A stretch of 63,821 nt of DNA, filler included, from Octopus bimaculoides (lineage: Eukaryota): NCBI RefSeq assembly GCF_001194135.2. It is 5 parts of 5 records of this genome, joined end to end, with 100 filler letters (N's around TTAATTAATTAA, not from the genome) between each part and the next. Parts side by side here need not be neighbours in the genome. Positions count along the whole stretch, not along the records: positions 1 to 24,620 come from NC_068996.1; 4 more parts are not named here. One strand, written 5' to 3'. The translations under genes were made by a program, and so were the position numbers. The notes beneath the pieces are model-generated. The model made no database searches and was not told the DNA's origin. It was given only the letters and a program-made list of their open reading frames with translations. The number at the start of each line of letters is the position of its first letter. Positions within the stretch are counted from its first letter, which is position 1. Positions 1-12,150 of the stretch are shown here, piece by piece.

Positions 1-300
1 CAATTCTAGACCTTGCTTCCACACCTGAAACTTCTCCTCTAGTTCTGATAGTGACTCCGCAATTAGGGCAAGGTCATCAGCATAGAGGAGCTCCCAGGGT
101 CAACCTGTCTTGAACTCCTCTGTGATTGCCTGGAGGACTATGATAAATAGGAGGGGGCTGAGGACGGAACCTTGGTGGACCCCTACCCGGAATTCATTGC
201 TGTACTCATTTCCAACCCTCACGTTACTGGCAGCATCTCTGTACATGGCTCGCACAGCTCTCACTAACCATTCTTCTATCCCAAGTTTCCTCATTGACCA

Positions 301-303
<3 letters not shown>
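1..303 (-). mobile_element. RTE-clade LINE reverse-transcriptase fragment (decayed)
   Basis: Minus strand reads WWSMRKLGIEEWLVRAVRAMY...VHQGSVLSPLLFIIVLQAITEEFKTG*PWELLYADDLALIAESLSELEEKFQVWKQGLE. It has RT motifs QGSVLSP and YADD plus an in-frame stop, and is cut by an (AT)n tract at 303. Confidence 0.9.
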
Positions 304-338
<35 letters not shown>

Positions 339-655
339 CATTAATGTAAACTGGCATGAGATAAGATAGAAATGAAGATTGTATGAAGATTTCAATTGTT
401 GAAGATTTTCCATATTCTATCATGACTGTGCCACTAACACTGAATTAGTTGATCCACTGCAGCCACCCAGAAAGTGTGAACCTAAACTCTAATACAAGAA
501 AGCATTCTTGCATCAAATATGGCCCATTGCCACTATAATACAACGCTATCTTAAAAAACACAAAATACATAGAAAGAAATGTTCAGGGAATACTTCCAAG
601 TTGGACAAGAAAATAAAATGTGTCTTAGCATGTTTCTGTAGATATAAAGATATGC

Positions 656-709
<54 letters not shown>

Positions 710-2748
710 CCACACATGTATAATTTATATATATATAAATATGTATGTATAATTACATATAAATACACACCTACACGTACATATCATGTTTATGAACAAG
801 ATGAACGATTTGTGTAGAACATGAGAAGGAACTTCTAAGAGATGGAAAATAGAAAGTAAAATTAAAGAAAAGAAATAAATAAAAAAAGAAAAAGAACAAA
901 ACGAAATATAAACCAGCAACTTCCATTTTCACTTTGCTACTTGCAAGATTTCTCCTCGACATTTTAGCTTTGAAATTTTACCGAATTTCTCATAGCCCAT
1001 CTTCTTTCTGTCTTTTATGCTGATTAGATTTTTTTCGTCTTTTTATTTTCTGTTGTATTTTGAAGTTATCAAAGTCTTCATCTTCTAACAGTGTCTGCTT
1101 CAACATAGTTGCTTTATAGTGATTTTTATTGATTAAAAAATCTGTTTCTTTATGTGTGTGTGTGTGTGTGTGTGTGCGTGTGTGTGTGCGTGCGCATGCC
1201 TGTTTTTTCATGCACATGCACACGCACACACAGATATGTATATATTTGGCTTTTCTATTTGGTTTGCAAATATGAGTTTAACTGCGGTCCTTTCATAGCA
1301 CTTACATAGTCTTACCTGCTACGTTGGATCTTTTGGATACCATTACCTTTCATGTATATATGTGTGAGTGGGTGTGCATGCAGGGTGTTGTTGTGTGTGG
1401 GTGTGCATGTGTATACTTCGTGTGTGAGAGTAATTCATGTAAATTGGTTGTTTCAATCTGTGGAGTCGCTCATACAGCTAAGTGCATTATAGGCACGAAA
1501 CCAATAGTCACTATGACCAGCCATAACAATTAACCATACTACTCCAATGTTTTAGAGCATACCTTGTTTTGCAAATAAATGAACTGTGATATATATATAT
1601 ATATATATATATAAACACGTATATACATACACATGCTCACATGTATATACACAATATACACAAATATAGATGCATACATATAGATGCAAAATATATACAT
1701 ATACGTATTCACACAGATACATGTATGTATATCAGTGTGTATACTTGTACATATATGCATAACAGAACACTTCAATTAATTGTACAGGATATGCTGTTAG
1801 TGTTTTCTTGCTTGAAACGTTTTTCTCCTTTCCTTTTTTTTTATGGAACCTACTTCTGGATATCCAGAAACAGCAAACTAAACTATTTTACAAACATTAA
1901 TAGTTAACTGATGTCTACCTACATGCATATAAAATACAAAACAAATGCTCATGTATCTCATATTTTCTATATGTGGGCAAACATAAAACACACAAACACA
2001 TGTTGTCTACACAATCACTCACACACACATACATACATACATACATACATACATACACACATGTATACAAGAAACACATTATCTACACATGTACACAGGT
2101 AATATAGACAATCTGAAATACATATATGTCAAAAGACATTCTTTTATTCTTTTCTTCTTTTACCTGTTTCAGTCATTTGACTGCAGCCATGCTGGAGCAC
2201 CACCTTTTAGTCGAGCAAATCGAACCCAGGAGTTATTCTTTGTAAGCCTAGTACTTATTCTATCGGTCTCTTTTTGCCAAACTGCTAAGTTACAGGGACG
2301 TAAACACACCAGCATCGGATGTCAAGTGATATTGGGGGAGGGACAAACACACACACACATCTATCTATCTATCTATCTATCTATCTACCTACCTATTAGT
2401 CCTATTAGTCCAAAATATATATATATATATATATATAAACGTACTTGCTTGCCCCTGATATATATATATATAATAATATATCATAACGATATATATTCTC
2501 CAATTTGAAGTGACAATTTTTAAATACAAGCAAATGACTGAAAAATTTATGAGCTAACCCTAGCCAGGATTGAACCCACAAATCAATGCTAGCATGGCTT
2601 CTTGCACATCTGACTGGGCCAAATGCCCACCCATCAATTTCAGCCAAATTTAATGAATATATACTTAAACTGTCTAATACTACATATAAACAAACCAGAA
2701 AGGCTTTGTAAGTTACAGAATGAAAGCTACTATGGAAGACTCATAGTA

Positions 2749-2779
<31 letters not shown>

Positions 2780-3436
2780 CGAAATTGTATGTTTGAATAT
2801 TTGTGTTTGAATGAATCTGTGCAAAGTTGGTGTGAGTGAGTGAAATTTCCTCATACTTCTTTGAGTAACGTTTGGTGGAAGCAGCTGCAGTAGAACATAT
2901 TCAGGTACTTTTAAGACACGAATAAAATGAATCTTAAACACCTTTAAGTACAGTGATATTCATCTTAAACAAGATGGTGGTTTAGAGAAATGGAGAAATA
3001 ATTACAGACTAATGTTTCATGAAATTCCTGGAGCAATTTGAAGCTGTGTTTCAGCAGGATAATATTTGTCACTACAATTTCTACTGCAACAAATTCTATG
3101 TTCTTAGCTTGAAAATTACAGTGCTGTACCAAAGATTAATTGGTATGAAGTGAATTGCCAGCATTGGCAATATGATAAAAGTGGGAAACTTACCAAAAAG
3201 AAAAAATAAATACATAAAATAAATAAAAGTAAAAGAATACATTAATATCACTAAAATGGTTATGAAAAATTTTGCAACAGATTTAGTTTCATGTCTTTAT
3301 AGCTTTTAAAACACTCAAATTTACAAGTCTTGCAGAAAGTACATTAATAAAGATAGATATATTCACCTACCTATCATCACTGCCTCTGTTTCCATCTCAA
3401 AACACACACACATGCATATACATATACATACAGCAT

Positions 3437-3820
3437 AATATATTATTTACATAAATTTACATTTGACAGATATTTGTCCTCATCTTGTTTGTTGTTAACG
3501 TTTTGTCTGATATACCCTCCAGCCTTCATCAGGTGTCTTGGGGGAAATTTCGAACCTGGGTTCTCATTCCTAAGGGATTTTCCTATGTTGTTGTTGTTGT
3601 TATTCTTCTTATTATTATTCAGATCACTGCCCGGAATTGAACTCAGAATGTTGGAGTTAGTAGCCCACACTCTTAACCACCATGCCATATGCCTGGTGAA
3701 GGCTGGAGGGCATATCAGCTGAAATGTTGTGTTAACAACGAACAAGATGAGGACAAATATATCCGTCAAATGCAAATAATGTAAATAATGTACATAATTC
3801 ATCTCTTAAATATAGAACTG
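3437..3820 (-). mobile_element. Composite non-autonomous element: tRNA-like head + (AAT/AAC)n + Penelope-like tail with hammerhead-like motif, plus an inverted copy of the tail
   Basis: Minus strand from 3690: A-box-like TGGCATGGTGG and B-box-like GAGTTCAATTCC, then a microsatellite, then GACAC-CTGATGA-A-GGCTG..CAGAC-AAAACGTT. Arms 3437-3533 and 3692-3794 are ~100-bp inverted repeats. Confidence 0.65.
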
Positions 3821-4057
3821 CTATACAGCATAATAGTTATAATGTTCATTCTATCATGCTTGTATGGGTTGGACAGAATTTGTGAAGATCTATGGCTGGA
3901 TGCCCTTCCTTTCACCAACCCTCGTCTCTTTCCAACTAAAGTAATGTTTCCTCATGGCTGGGCATGTTTTTGCAGAGGATTGGAAATGAAGAAAATTACT
4001 GCTAATGACAGTGACAGTTGCTTACTACTGATATATGGCATCAAGACAAGGAGAAAC

Positions 4058-4170
<113 letters not shown>

Positions 4171-4689
4171 GGACTTTTTAAAATTTTTTGTTATCCAAAC
4201 CCTTTTAGAAGGTTTTGGTCAGTCTGAAGATATAATAGAAGATACTTATCCAAGGTGCTACACAGTGGGGCTGAATCAGAATCTACATTATTCACTGGGT
4301 CCTTCACTTTTTTTATGATGCAGTGATATATATAATAGTGCGTTTGTGTGTGCATCCATGTGTGTGTGTCTGTACACATTTGTGAGTGTACATTTATCTA
4401 TATATCTATCTATCTATCTATCAGCTTGCCTGCGTGCCTGCCTGCCCGCCCGCCCACCTGCCTGACTGTCCATCCATCCATCCATCCATCCATCCATCCA
4501 TCCATCCATCCATCCATCTATCTATCCCTGTCTATGTATTTCTCTGCCTATCTACCTATCTATTTATCTATCTATCTATTTCTGTCTGTCTATCTATCTA
4601 TCTGTGTGCCTGTGTATCTATATATATATGTTTATCTATAATCTATCTATCTATATATATATATATAGTTAAAAAAAACAATAACAAAA

Positions 4690-5100
4690 AAACAAAAGAA
4701 CAACAAAGTGAGGACGTGATATGGATAGTATTATTGGACGCTCAGGAAAGGAAAGAGAGAGTGTTTGACGTTTCGGGTGTAGCCCTTCGTCGGAAAGATG
4801 GAAAGTTCGGAGAATGGAAGAACGGAGAAAGAGGAAAATGGTACCGATGCCCACGAGGTTCCATTATGAAAAGACCGGAAGAGGAGGTGGTGGGGGAAAA
4901 GTTCTTTCTAAGACAGGAGAGTGAAAAAGGGAGATGAATATCTGTGCGTGTGCGGAAGTCTGCGAGTGTGTGTGTTTGCATGGTTTGGTGGTTTATCTGT
5001 TAGTGTTTTTGTGTGTGTGTGTGTGTATGACGTAGTGGAAGAAATTAGTAGCAGGACTGGTTAGTGGACGCTATAGACAGTGTAGGTAGAAGGTCAACAG
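4690..5100 (-). mobile_element. Penelope-like element 3' remnant
   Basis: CpG-rich segment with a hammerhead-like motif, a GAGCGT..TAATAC motif and a T-rich tail ending at (TA)n. Same layout as 34556-34745. Confidence 0.5.
4764..4796 (-). ncRNA. Minimal type-I hammerhead-ribozyme-like motif (U4C core variant)
   Basis: Minus strand UUU-CCGACGA-A-GGG(cuaca)CCC-GAAA-CGUC-AAA: stem I UUU/AAA, stem II GGG/CCC, GAAA, palindromic ACGU, GUC triplet. Confidence 0.55.
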
Positions 5101-5855
5101 GTGGTTATTTGAGCGTGTGTGTGTTCGTGTTTGTGTGGGGTTGTAGGTGTTAGGTACGTGTACGTGTGTGTGTGTATTTTGTATGTGCGCGTGTGTGTAT
5201 GTGTATGTTTTCTGTGCGTGCGTGTGTTTGTGTGTATGTGTATGTTGTGTGTATGTGCGTTGCTGTGTACGTGTGTGTGCGTGCGTTTGCTATTGTNNNN
5301 NNNNNNNNNNNNNNNNNNNNNTGTGTGTATGTGGGTGGGTGCGTGTGTGTGTATGTGTGTGGATGTGCGTGTGTGTGTGGGATTGTGAGTGTTAGGTACG
5401 GGTGTGTGTGTGTTTATGTGTGTCTGTATGTGTGTTTCCGTGTGCGCGTGTGTGTGTATGTGTATGCGGCTGTGTATGTAGGCATGCGCGTATACATGGG
5501 TGTGTGTGTGTATATATGTGCGTTCGGCTATGTGTGTGTGAGGGCGCGTATGTATGTTTGTCATGTATGTGGGCGGTATATATGTAAGGTGTGTGGATAT
5601 GTGTGCGTGTAGGTAGGGGTGAGATAAAAAGTGGAAAAAAGTAGTGAATATATATATATNNNNNNNNNNNNNNNNNNNNNNNNNNNNNNNNNNNNNNNNN
5701 NNNNNNNNNNNNNNNNNNNNNNNNNNNNNNNNNNNNNNNNNNNNNNNNNNNNNNNNNNNNNNNNNNNNNNNNNNNNNNNNNNNNNNNNNNNNNNNNNNNN
5801 NNNNNNNNNNNNNNNNNNNNNNNNNNNNNNNNNNNNNNNNNNNNNNNNNNNNNNN

Positions 5856-5909
<54 letters not shown>

Positions 5910-6525
5910 ACTCTCCCCACTTCTCTCCCTCTGCACATATCTTTTATTTGCTTCAGTCACTGGACTGCAGCCATGTTGAAGCACTGACATGAATGAATCT
6001 ACCCCAGTATTTTTACCTTTTTAACCTGATATTTTTAGGATTTATTAACCTCTTAAAGAGATGATTATATTCAAGAAAACACTGGATCTATACCTAATAT
6101 TTTGGAGAAATAAAGTTTCCCTAAATCAATAGGTATATATTATGCATAGAGTGAAAGTTAATAATTACTTAGTAATAATATATATATCAAATTCACTCAC
6201 AAGGCTTTGATTAGCCCAGTGCTATAATAGAAAACACTTGCCCAAAGTGCCATGCAGCAGGACTGAACCTTGAACAATATGATTGAAAAGTAAACTTCTA
6301 AATCACATAGTAATACCACACAGCCATGCCTGTGCCTATATATATGTATATATATATATATAAGCACAGGCATGGCTGTGTGGTAAGAAGCTTGCTTCCC
6401 AACCACATGGTTCCAGGTTCAGCCTAACTGTGTGGCACTTTGGACAAGTGTCTTCTACTATAGCCTCAGGTCAACCAAAGCTTTGTGAGTGGATTTGGTA
6501 GATGGGTACGGAAAAGATGCCTGTG

Positions 6526-6568
<43 letters not shown>

Positions 6569-6690
6569 GGGAGAGAATTCACAACCCCCCCCCCCCANNN
6601 NNNNNNNNNNNNNNNNNNNNNNNNNNNNNNNCCCCCCCCCCCCCCAAAAAAAAAGACGAAGATAGGTGGTGTAGAAAACAAACAGATTAG

Positions 6691-6730
6691 TAACTATCTA
6701 CCTACATATATATATGTAGGTAGATAGTTA
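6691..6730. repeat. Perfect 40-bp spacerless palindrome
   Basis: taactatctacctacatata|tatatgtaggtagatagtta is its own reverse complement. Confidence 0.95.
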
Positions 6731-7179
6731 GTTAGATAGATAAATAGATAGAAAGATAGATCATACACACACATGCTCACAGATATATATACATAATGTA
6801 TTTATTGGAACTGTCATCATTTTAAATTTCTTTTTCTCCAGCTGACTTCATTTAGAAGAATTTATCAAATGGCAAGCTGCCATTTTTTCAATCTTCTTGT
6901 GTGAAGGCCATAATTATCAACTGAGATCTTTACAACTTAAGCTCACATTTGCTTCTACCGCTGTGCTTTCTACTGTAGTGCCCTCTTCATATGGGTAATG
7001 ACACTTTTTCATCTACCAAGGAATGTCATTTACACATATCCAAAGTCTACAAGTGATGCTGTAATCTCACATATAAAATTAGCAATTACTTTTGCTAACC
7101 AAACTGCCTTATGGGGTGTTTTTCTTTATCATTTGTAATTGAAGAGCCAAGGCCTGGCCATATATTCTTTTACTCGTTT

Positions 7180-7491
7180 ATACTTTTGTTTCGGTCATTT
7201 GACTGCAGCCATGCTGGAGCACTACCTTGAAGGGTTTTTAATCAAACAAATTAGCCCCAGGACTTTTTTAAGCCTAGTACTTATTCTATCGGTCTCTTTT
7301 GCCGAACCGCTAAGTGACAGGGACATAAGCACACCAGCATCGGTTGTCAAGCAACGTTGTGGGGACAAACACAGACACACACACACACACACACACACAT
7401 ACATACATACATACATACATACATACATACATACATACATACATACATACATACATACATACATACATACATACATACATACATACATACA

Positions 7492-7562
<71 letters not shown>

Positions 7563-7723
7563 GACAGGCTTCTTTCAGTTTCCGTCTACCAAATCCACTC
7601 ACAATACTTTGGTCAGTCCGAGGCTATAGTAGAAGACACTTTCCCAAGGTGCCATGCAGTAGGACTGAACCAGAACCATGTGGTTGGTAAGCAAGCTACT
7701 TACCACACAGCCACTCCTGCGCC
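7180..7723 (-). mobile_element. tRNA-derived SINE family A (head, CORE-like body, internal microsatellite, tail), full length
   Basis: Same head (gcaggagtggctgtgtggtaagtagcttgc) and tail (ggtgctccagcatggc.gcagtcaaatgac) recur at ~2160, 6362, 12466, 13150, 14174, 14942, 22645, 24378, 44540, 45655, 48626 and 49340. The internal (CA)(CATA)(TA) array is expanded here. Confidence 0.85.
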
Positions 7724-9280
7724 TGTTAGTTTATTTATTTGTTTTGTTGAACTGCTAAGTTCACACCAACTTCAGTAGTCAAATGATGATGGTGGGTTCA
7801 AACACAGAGAAAAAGACACACACACACATAGATATATACATATATCTATATATAAATATATGATGGGCTTCTTTCAGTTTCCACTCACAAGGCTTTGGTT
7901 AGTTTGAGGCTATAATAGAAGACACTTGCCCAGGGTGCCATGCAGTGGGACTGAACCTGGAACCACGTGGTTGGGAAGCAAGCTTCTTACCACACAGCAA
8001 TACCTGCACCTATATATTTATCTTCTGTCTTTTACTTGTTTCAGTCATTAGACTGTGGCCATGCTGGGGTAGTGCTTTGAAAAAATGTTAATCAAATGAA
8101 TCAACCTCAGAACTCTTTATTTTTTCTTAAAGCCTGATACTTATTCTACTGGTCTCTTTTATTGAACCACTAAGTTACAGGGTCAAAAACATACCAACAT
8201 TGATTGACACAAAGATACACACACACACATTTAAGCCATATGCTCATATTTTTTTCTAGAATTAATAACAGAAGTCTTTTGAATTATTTGAAGATCCACC
8301 CAATTACTCTGGAGTTGGAAAAACAGATTTGTCTTTAGATATTTCTGTTTATATATTTTTTTGGCAATAATCAATTGTATTATATTTGCATTGTATGGAA
8401 ATGATGAATAGCCATTTGCATTGTCCCTTTGGGGATTAAAGGAAAGAAGTGTTGTGTGTCACTGTGGTGGTAGCAGGGGCCTCACTAATATAAACAAAGA
8501 TTCTATCCAATTATTTTCAAATATAAAAAAGAAAAATCAGAAACTTTAGAACAATAAAAAAAACCCCAGAAAAACATGGAAAAAAGCTAAAAGATATACA
8601 GCTTCAAGCTAAACACTTACTATTGCACAATGGTGCCAAGAACAAAGGAATAATAATGATAACATTAATTTGAACCAAAAAAAAAAATTGAACATCGATG
8701 CCAATACAAACAACAGCAGCAGCAGCAACAACAACGGTATACCATTTTTTGCAGATGTTGTGAATCAAAAGGAGAAACTAGCCTTGAGCCAACTCAAGGA
8801 AAAACTGCAGGAATATATGTGCTGCAAAAATAAAAACAAAAAAGATTGAAGGTATTCTTTGCTCAAATTTTTATCCAGGAAATGGTAAAGGTATTCTTTG
8901 TTCAAAGTTTTAGCCAGGAAATGGTAAAGAGGAACATGAAAGACTTCTGTTTTTCAAACAATGTGGAAAGTTTCTATATGACATCATTGGAAACATTAGC
9001 AGGGGCCCTGGCCTATATATTACAGGTAGTTTTTCTCCCTTACATGAGGGAAATAATATAGAAATTTTGTGCCTAAAATCTGAGGGCTTGTAGAGTTGAA
9101 AACAGCATTAAGAATGAAAGGAATTAAATTTTCATTCCAGAATATGGATAAGCCGATGCAGGTGAGAGCTATTGACAGCTGAACCTTATTAATAAGTCAG
9201 GTGATATAATAATTATTATACAAAAAGGTATGGCTGAGTAATTTGTAGGCATCATTTCAGCTTCAGTCCTTTGATATGGC

Positions 9281-9487
9281 CCGAGGTTGACTTTGCTTTT
9301 CATCCTTTCGGGGTCACTAGGTATTCCATCTGCCTTTACATTCTGAGTTCAAATTCCGTCGAGGTCAACTTTGCCTTTCATCCTTTTTGGGGTCACTAAA
9401 TTAAGTACCAGTTGTGTACTGGGGTCGATCTGATCGACTGGCTCCCTCCCAAAAAATTTTGGGCCTTGTGCCTAGAGTAGAAAAGAA
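9281..9487 (+). mobile_element. 5'-truncated SINE family B with 14-bp target-site duplication
   Basis: TCCTTTGATATGGC at 9267-9280 and 9488-9501. The body gcctttcatcc..ggggtc..aagtaccag recurs at ~15838, 16750, 20575, 26055, 28040, 51770 and 55150. Confidence 0.85.
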
Positions 9488-10079
9488 TCCTTTGATATGG
9501 CACTTGGGCAAATGTTTTCTAAAATAGCTTCAGGTGAACAAATGCTTCATGAATGAATTTGGTACATGAAAATTGCGCAAAAGCCAACCGTTATGTGTGG
9601 GCATTCATGCATGTCCATGTGTCTCTAACCACTTAACCCACAACTTAGTGGTTTGGCAACAGGAACCCAGAATATGTCGAAGAATAAGCACTACACTTAA
9701 AATAAGAGCAGATAATTTGGTTGATGAAGGCCTTCAGTCCAATGACTGTAACCAGTAAAAAAGCATAAAAACGACAGGAATATCGGATTGTCACCACTGT
9801 GATTTTCATCATTATTTTTTACATCAGTTTTGCCATATTCAATCTAAGCATTTCCCTATTTTTTGATTTGACTCATTAACCCTCTTAGATCTGGGTCCCT
9901 GTGTCAAACTTTATACTGCATATGGGCTCTTGAGTAAAACAAAAAAAAAAAAATAGTTGTATACACAGCTCAAGAGCAACAATTGCATGGAATCTAATGG
10001 ACAGATTAACAAAATAATTCAGGAGAATCACAATAATAGGCCTTTCTCTCAACTACTGTATTTGTTAGGCAAACAAATG

Positions 10080-10380
10080 GACAGAATCGGCTGCATCTTC
10101 TTTTTGCTACGGCTGTTGTTCATTATAACTTTACCAGGAATCTAGCTCGATGGCATTTCACTTATTTCTGCCATAGTGGGAATATAGCACGACAGAGTTA
10201 ACATCTCCCTCCTGGAGTCCTGTAGCCTGAAATCAGCCTTCACCTTCACTATTTCTTCCCACAACTTTTTTTTTTAGTCTTCCTCTTGGCTAGGTTCCTT
10301 CCACTTGAATCAATTTGGCCTTTTTCACTCAACTGCCATCCTTCATACATATCATATTGACAGCAATGACCATCAGTTAA
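10080..10380 (-). mobile_element. Highly decayed RTE LINE ORF C-terminal fragment
   Basis: Minus strand resembles the RTE C-terminus (VEGT*PRGRLKK.LWEEIVK), with stops and frameshifts. Confidence 0.45.
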
Positions 10381-10725
10381 TATGCTATTTTACTGATTGT
10401 GAAGACTACATCAGCCAACAGGTAATTAAATTATTGGTATTATCTTAATCAAGACTAGACACTGAAGCTAAAAAACATTGACGATTGTGTCAAGAAGATA
10501 TTCTAAGTGTCAACAAAGGAATTCTAAAGTATCTGGAAAGAAATTCTGAAGTGTGAAAAAAAAAAAAAATGAAATTTCTGTTGAATTTCTAATTTAAACA
10601 AATAAAAAGAAAGTAGCTTTCACAACATTTTTCAAATAAAGCAGAATATGCGTATATGTGGGTGGATATATATGTGTATGTGGTATGTATATGTGTGTGT
10701 ATACATACATATATATATAAATATA

Positions 10726-10778
<53 letters not shown>

Positions 10779-11074
10779 ATTGCTATTATGTTAAACTTTC
10801 ATACATTCAAATTTGGCCAAATGCATTTTCTCAATATTTATTAAGTGTTTATCCTGAAGCTCTGTATTTTTGGGTTCTTTTGGTCAAACTGTCGTATCTC
10901 CAGCTACACTTCAGATGCCAAGATACAAAAAATGTCAAAGTGTAGTACAACGGTTTTGCTATGGAATGGTGGAACTATTTTATCGTTTTCTGAAAAAGCA
11001 ACATTTTGGACTTACGTGACTTTTGCATAATAGCAATAAAGAAGGAAGGATGGAAGGAAGGAAGGTAGATAGAT

Positions 11075-11105
<31 letters not shown>

Positions 11106-11879
11106 TATATAGATAGATAGATAGATAAATGGATGGATGGATAGATAGATGGATGGATAGATAGATAGACAGATAGAGAGATAGACAGACAGATAGACAG
11201 ATAGATAATCATTGTTTAACGTCTGCCTTCCATGCTAGCATAGGTGAATCTATATGCATATGCATTTATATTATATAGATAGACAGATAGACAGACTAAC
11301 AGATGTGTGTTATAAATATACACATATGCATAAAAGTATGTACATATTAAGAAACCATCAGTGAAAAGATACAAGCATTAAATATTTAGTCATAGAATTT
11401 CTCTGTAAATCATGCAATTCATTAAAAAAAGGGGAAAAGAAAGGAACAGATTTTATGATAAATGTTTCTTTAATTAAGAAACAAAAATTAAAAATTCTAA
11501 ATTGTTTTGATAAAATGACTCTGTTGTTTCTATATCATTATATCTAGTAATTATTGATCATTTGCCTGGAATAATTTCAGAAACAACAACATTAATTTCT
11601 TCACTTATGATCCACATAGAATATATAGAAGAATCTAGCAGAACAATGATAGTGAATGTCTGAATCATGTAGAGACTGTTCAAATTTGAATTTAAAGAGG
11701 GAACAGAAATAAATAAATAAAGAAATTAACCTGAAAAGGCAGCAACAAAATATTTAAAAAAAAAAAAAAAATTGCGTTATTTCAGAATCTTGTTAAAAAA
11801 ATAAAAAAAGCAATGAGTAAATAATCAAATTGTAAAAGGAAATCTATAATTATTGAAACATTAATAAGAATGACAATAA

Positions 11880-12150
11880 AAATGATAACAATGACAGGGA
11901 TGATGGTGATGACGGCAGCGGAAAAAGTGATGATGACGATAGTAATGGTGGTGATGATGATGACAATCACAGGGTTGGTGGAAGTGGTGATGACGATGAT
12001 GATGATGACAGTAGTAGTAGTAGTAGTAGTGATGATGTTAGTGGGGTGATGATGATGATTATAGTAGTGTTAGTGGTGCTGGAAATGATGATGATTATGA
12101 TGATGGTTGTGATGATGACGATGGTGATGACAATAATAACAAACAACAAT
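11880..12150. repeat. Compound (GAT/GGT/AGT)n low-complexity tract
   Basis: Visible trinucleotide mosaic; explains the hydrophobic ORFs called here. Confidence 0.85.

Noticed and set aside
5094-5990. Several long ORFs of up to 298 aa
   Set aside because: Made of CA/GT microsatellites and N runs.
8849-8928. 39-bp tandem duplication inside a 71-aa ORF
   Set aside because: Simple local duplication; the ORF has no recognisable domain or splice support.
9141-9161. Possible 21-nt plus-strand microexon (ttccag|AATATGGATAAGCCGATGCAG|gtgaga; NMDKPMQ)
   Set aside because: Good splice sites but no recognisable host gene or protein motif; expected by chance in 64 kb.
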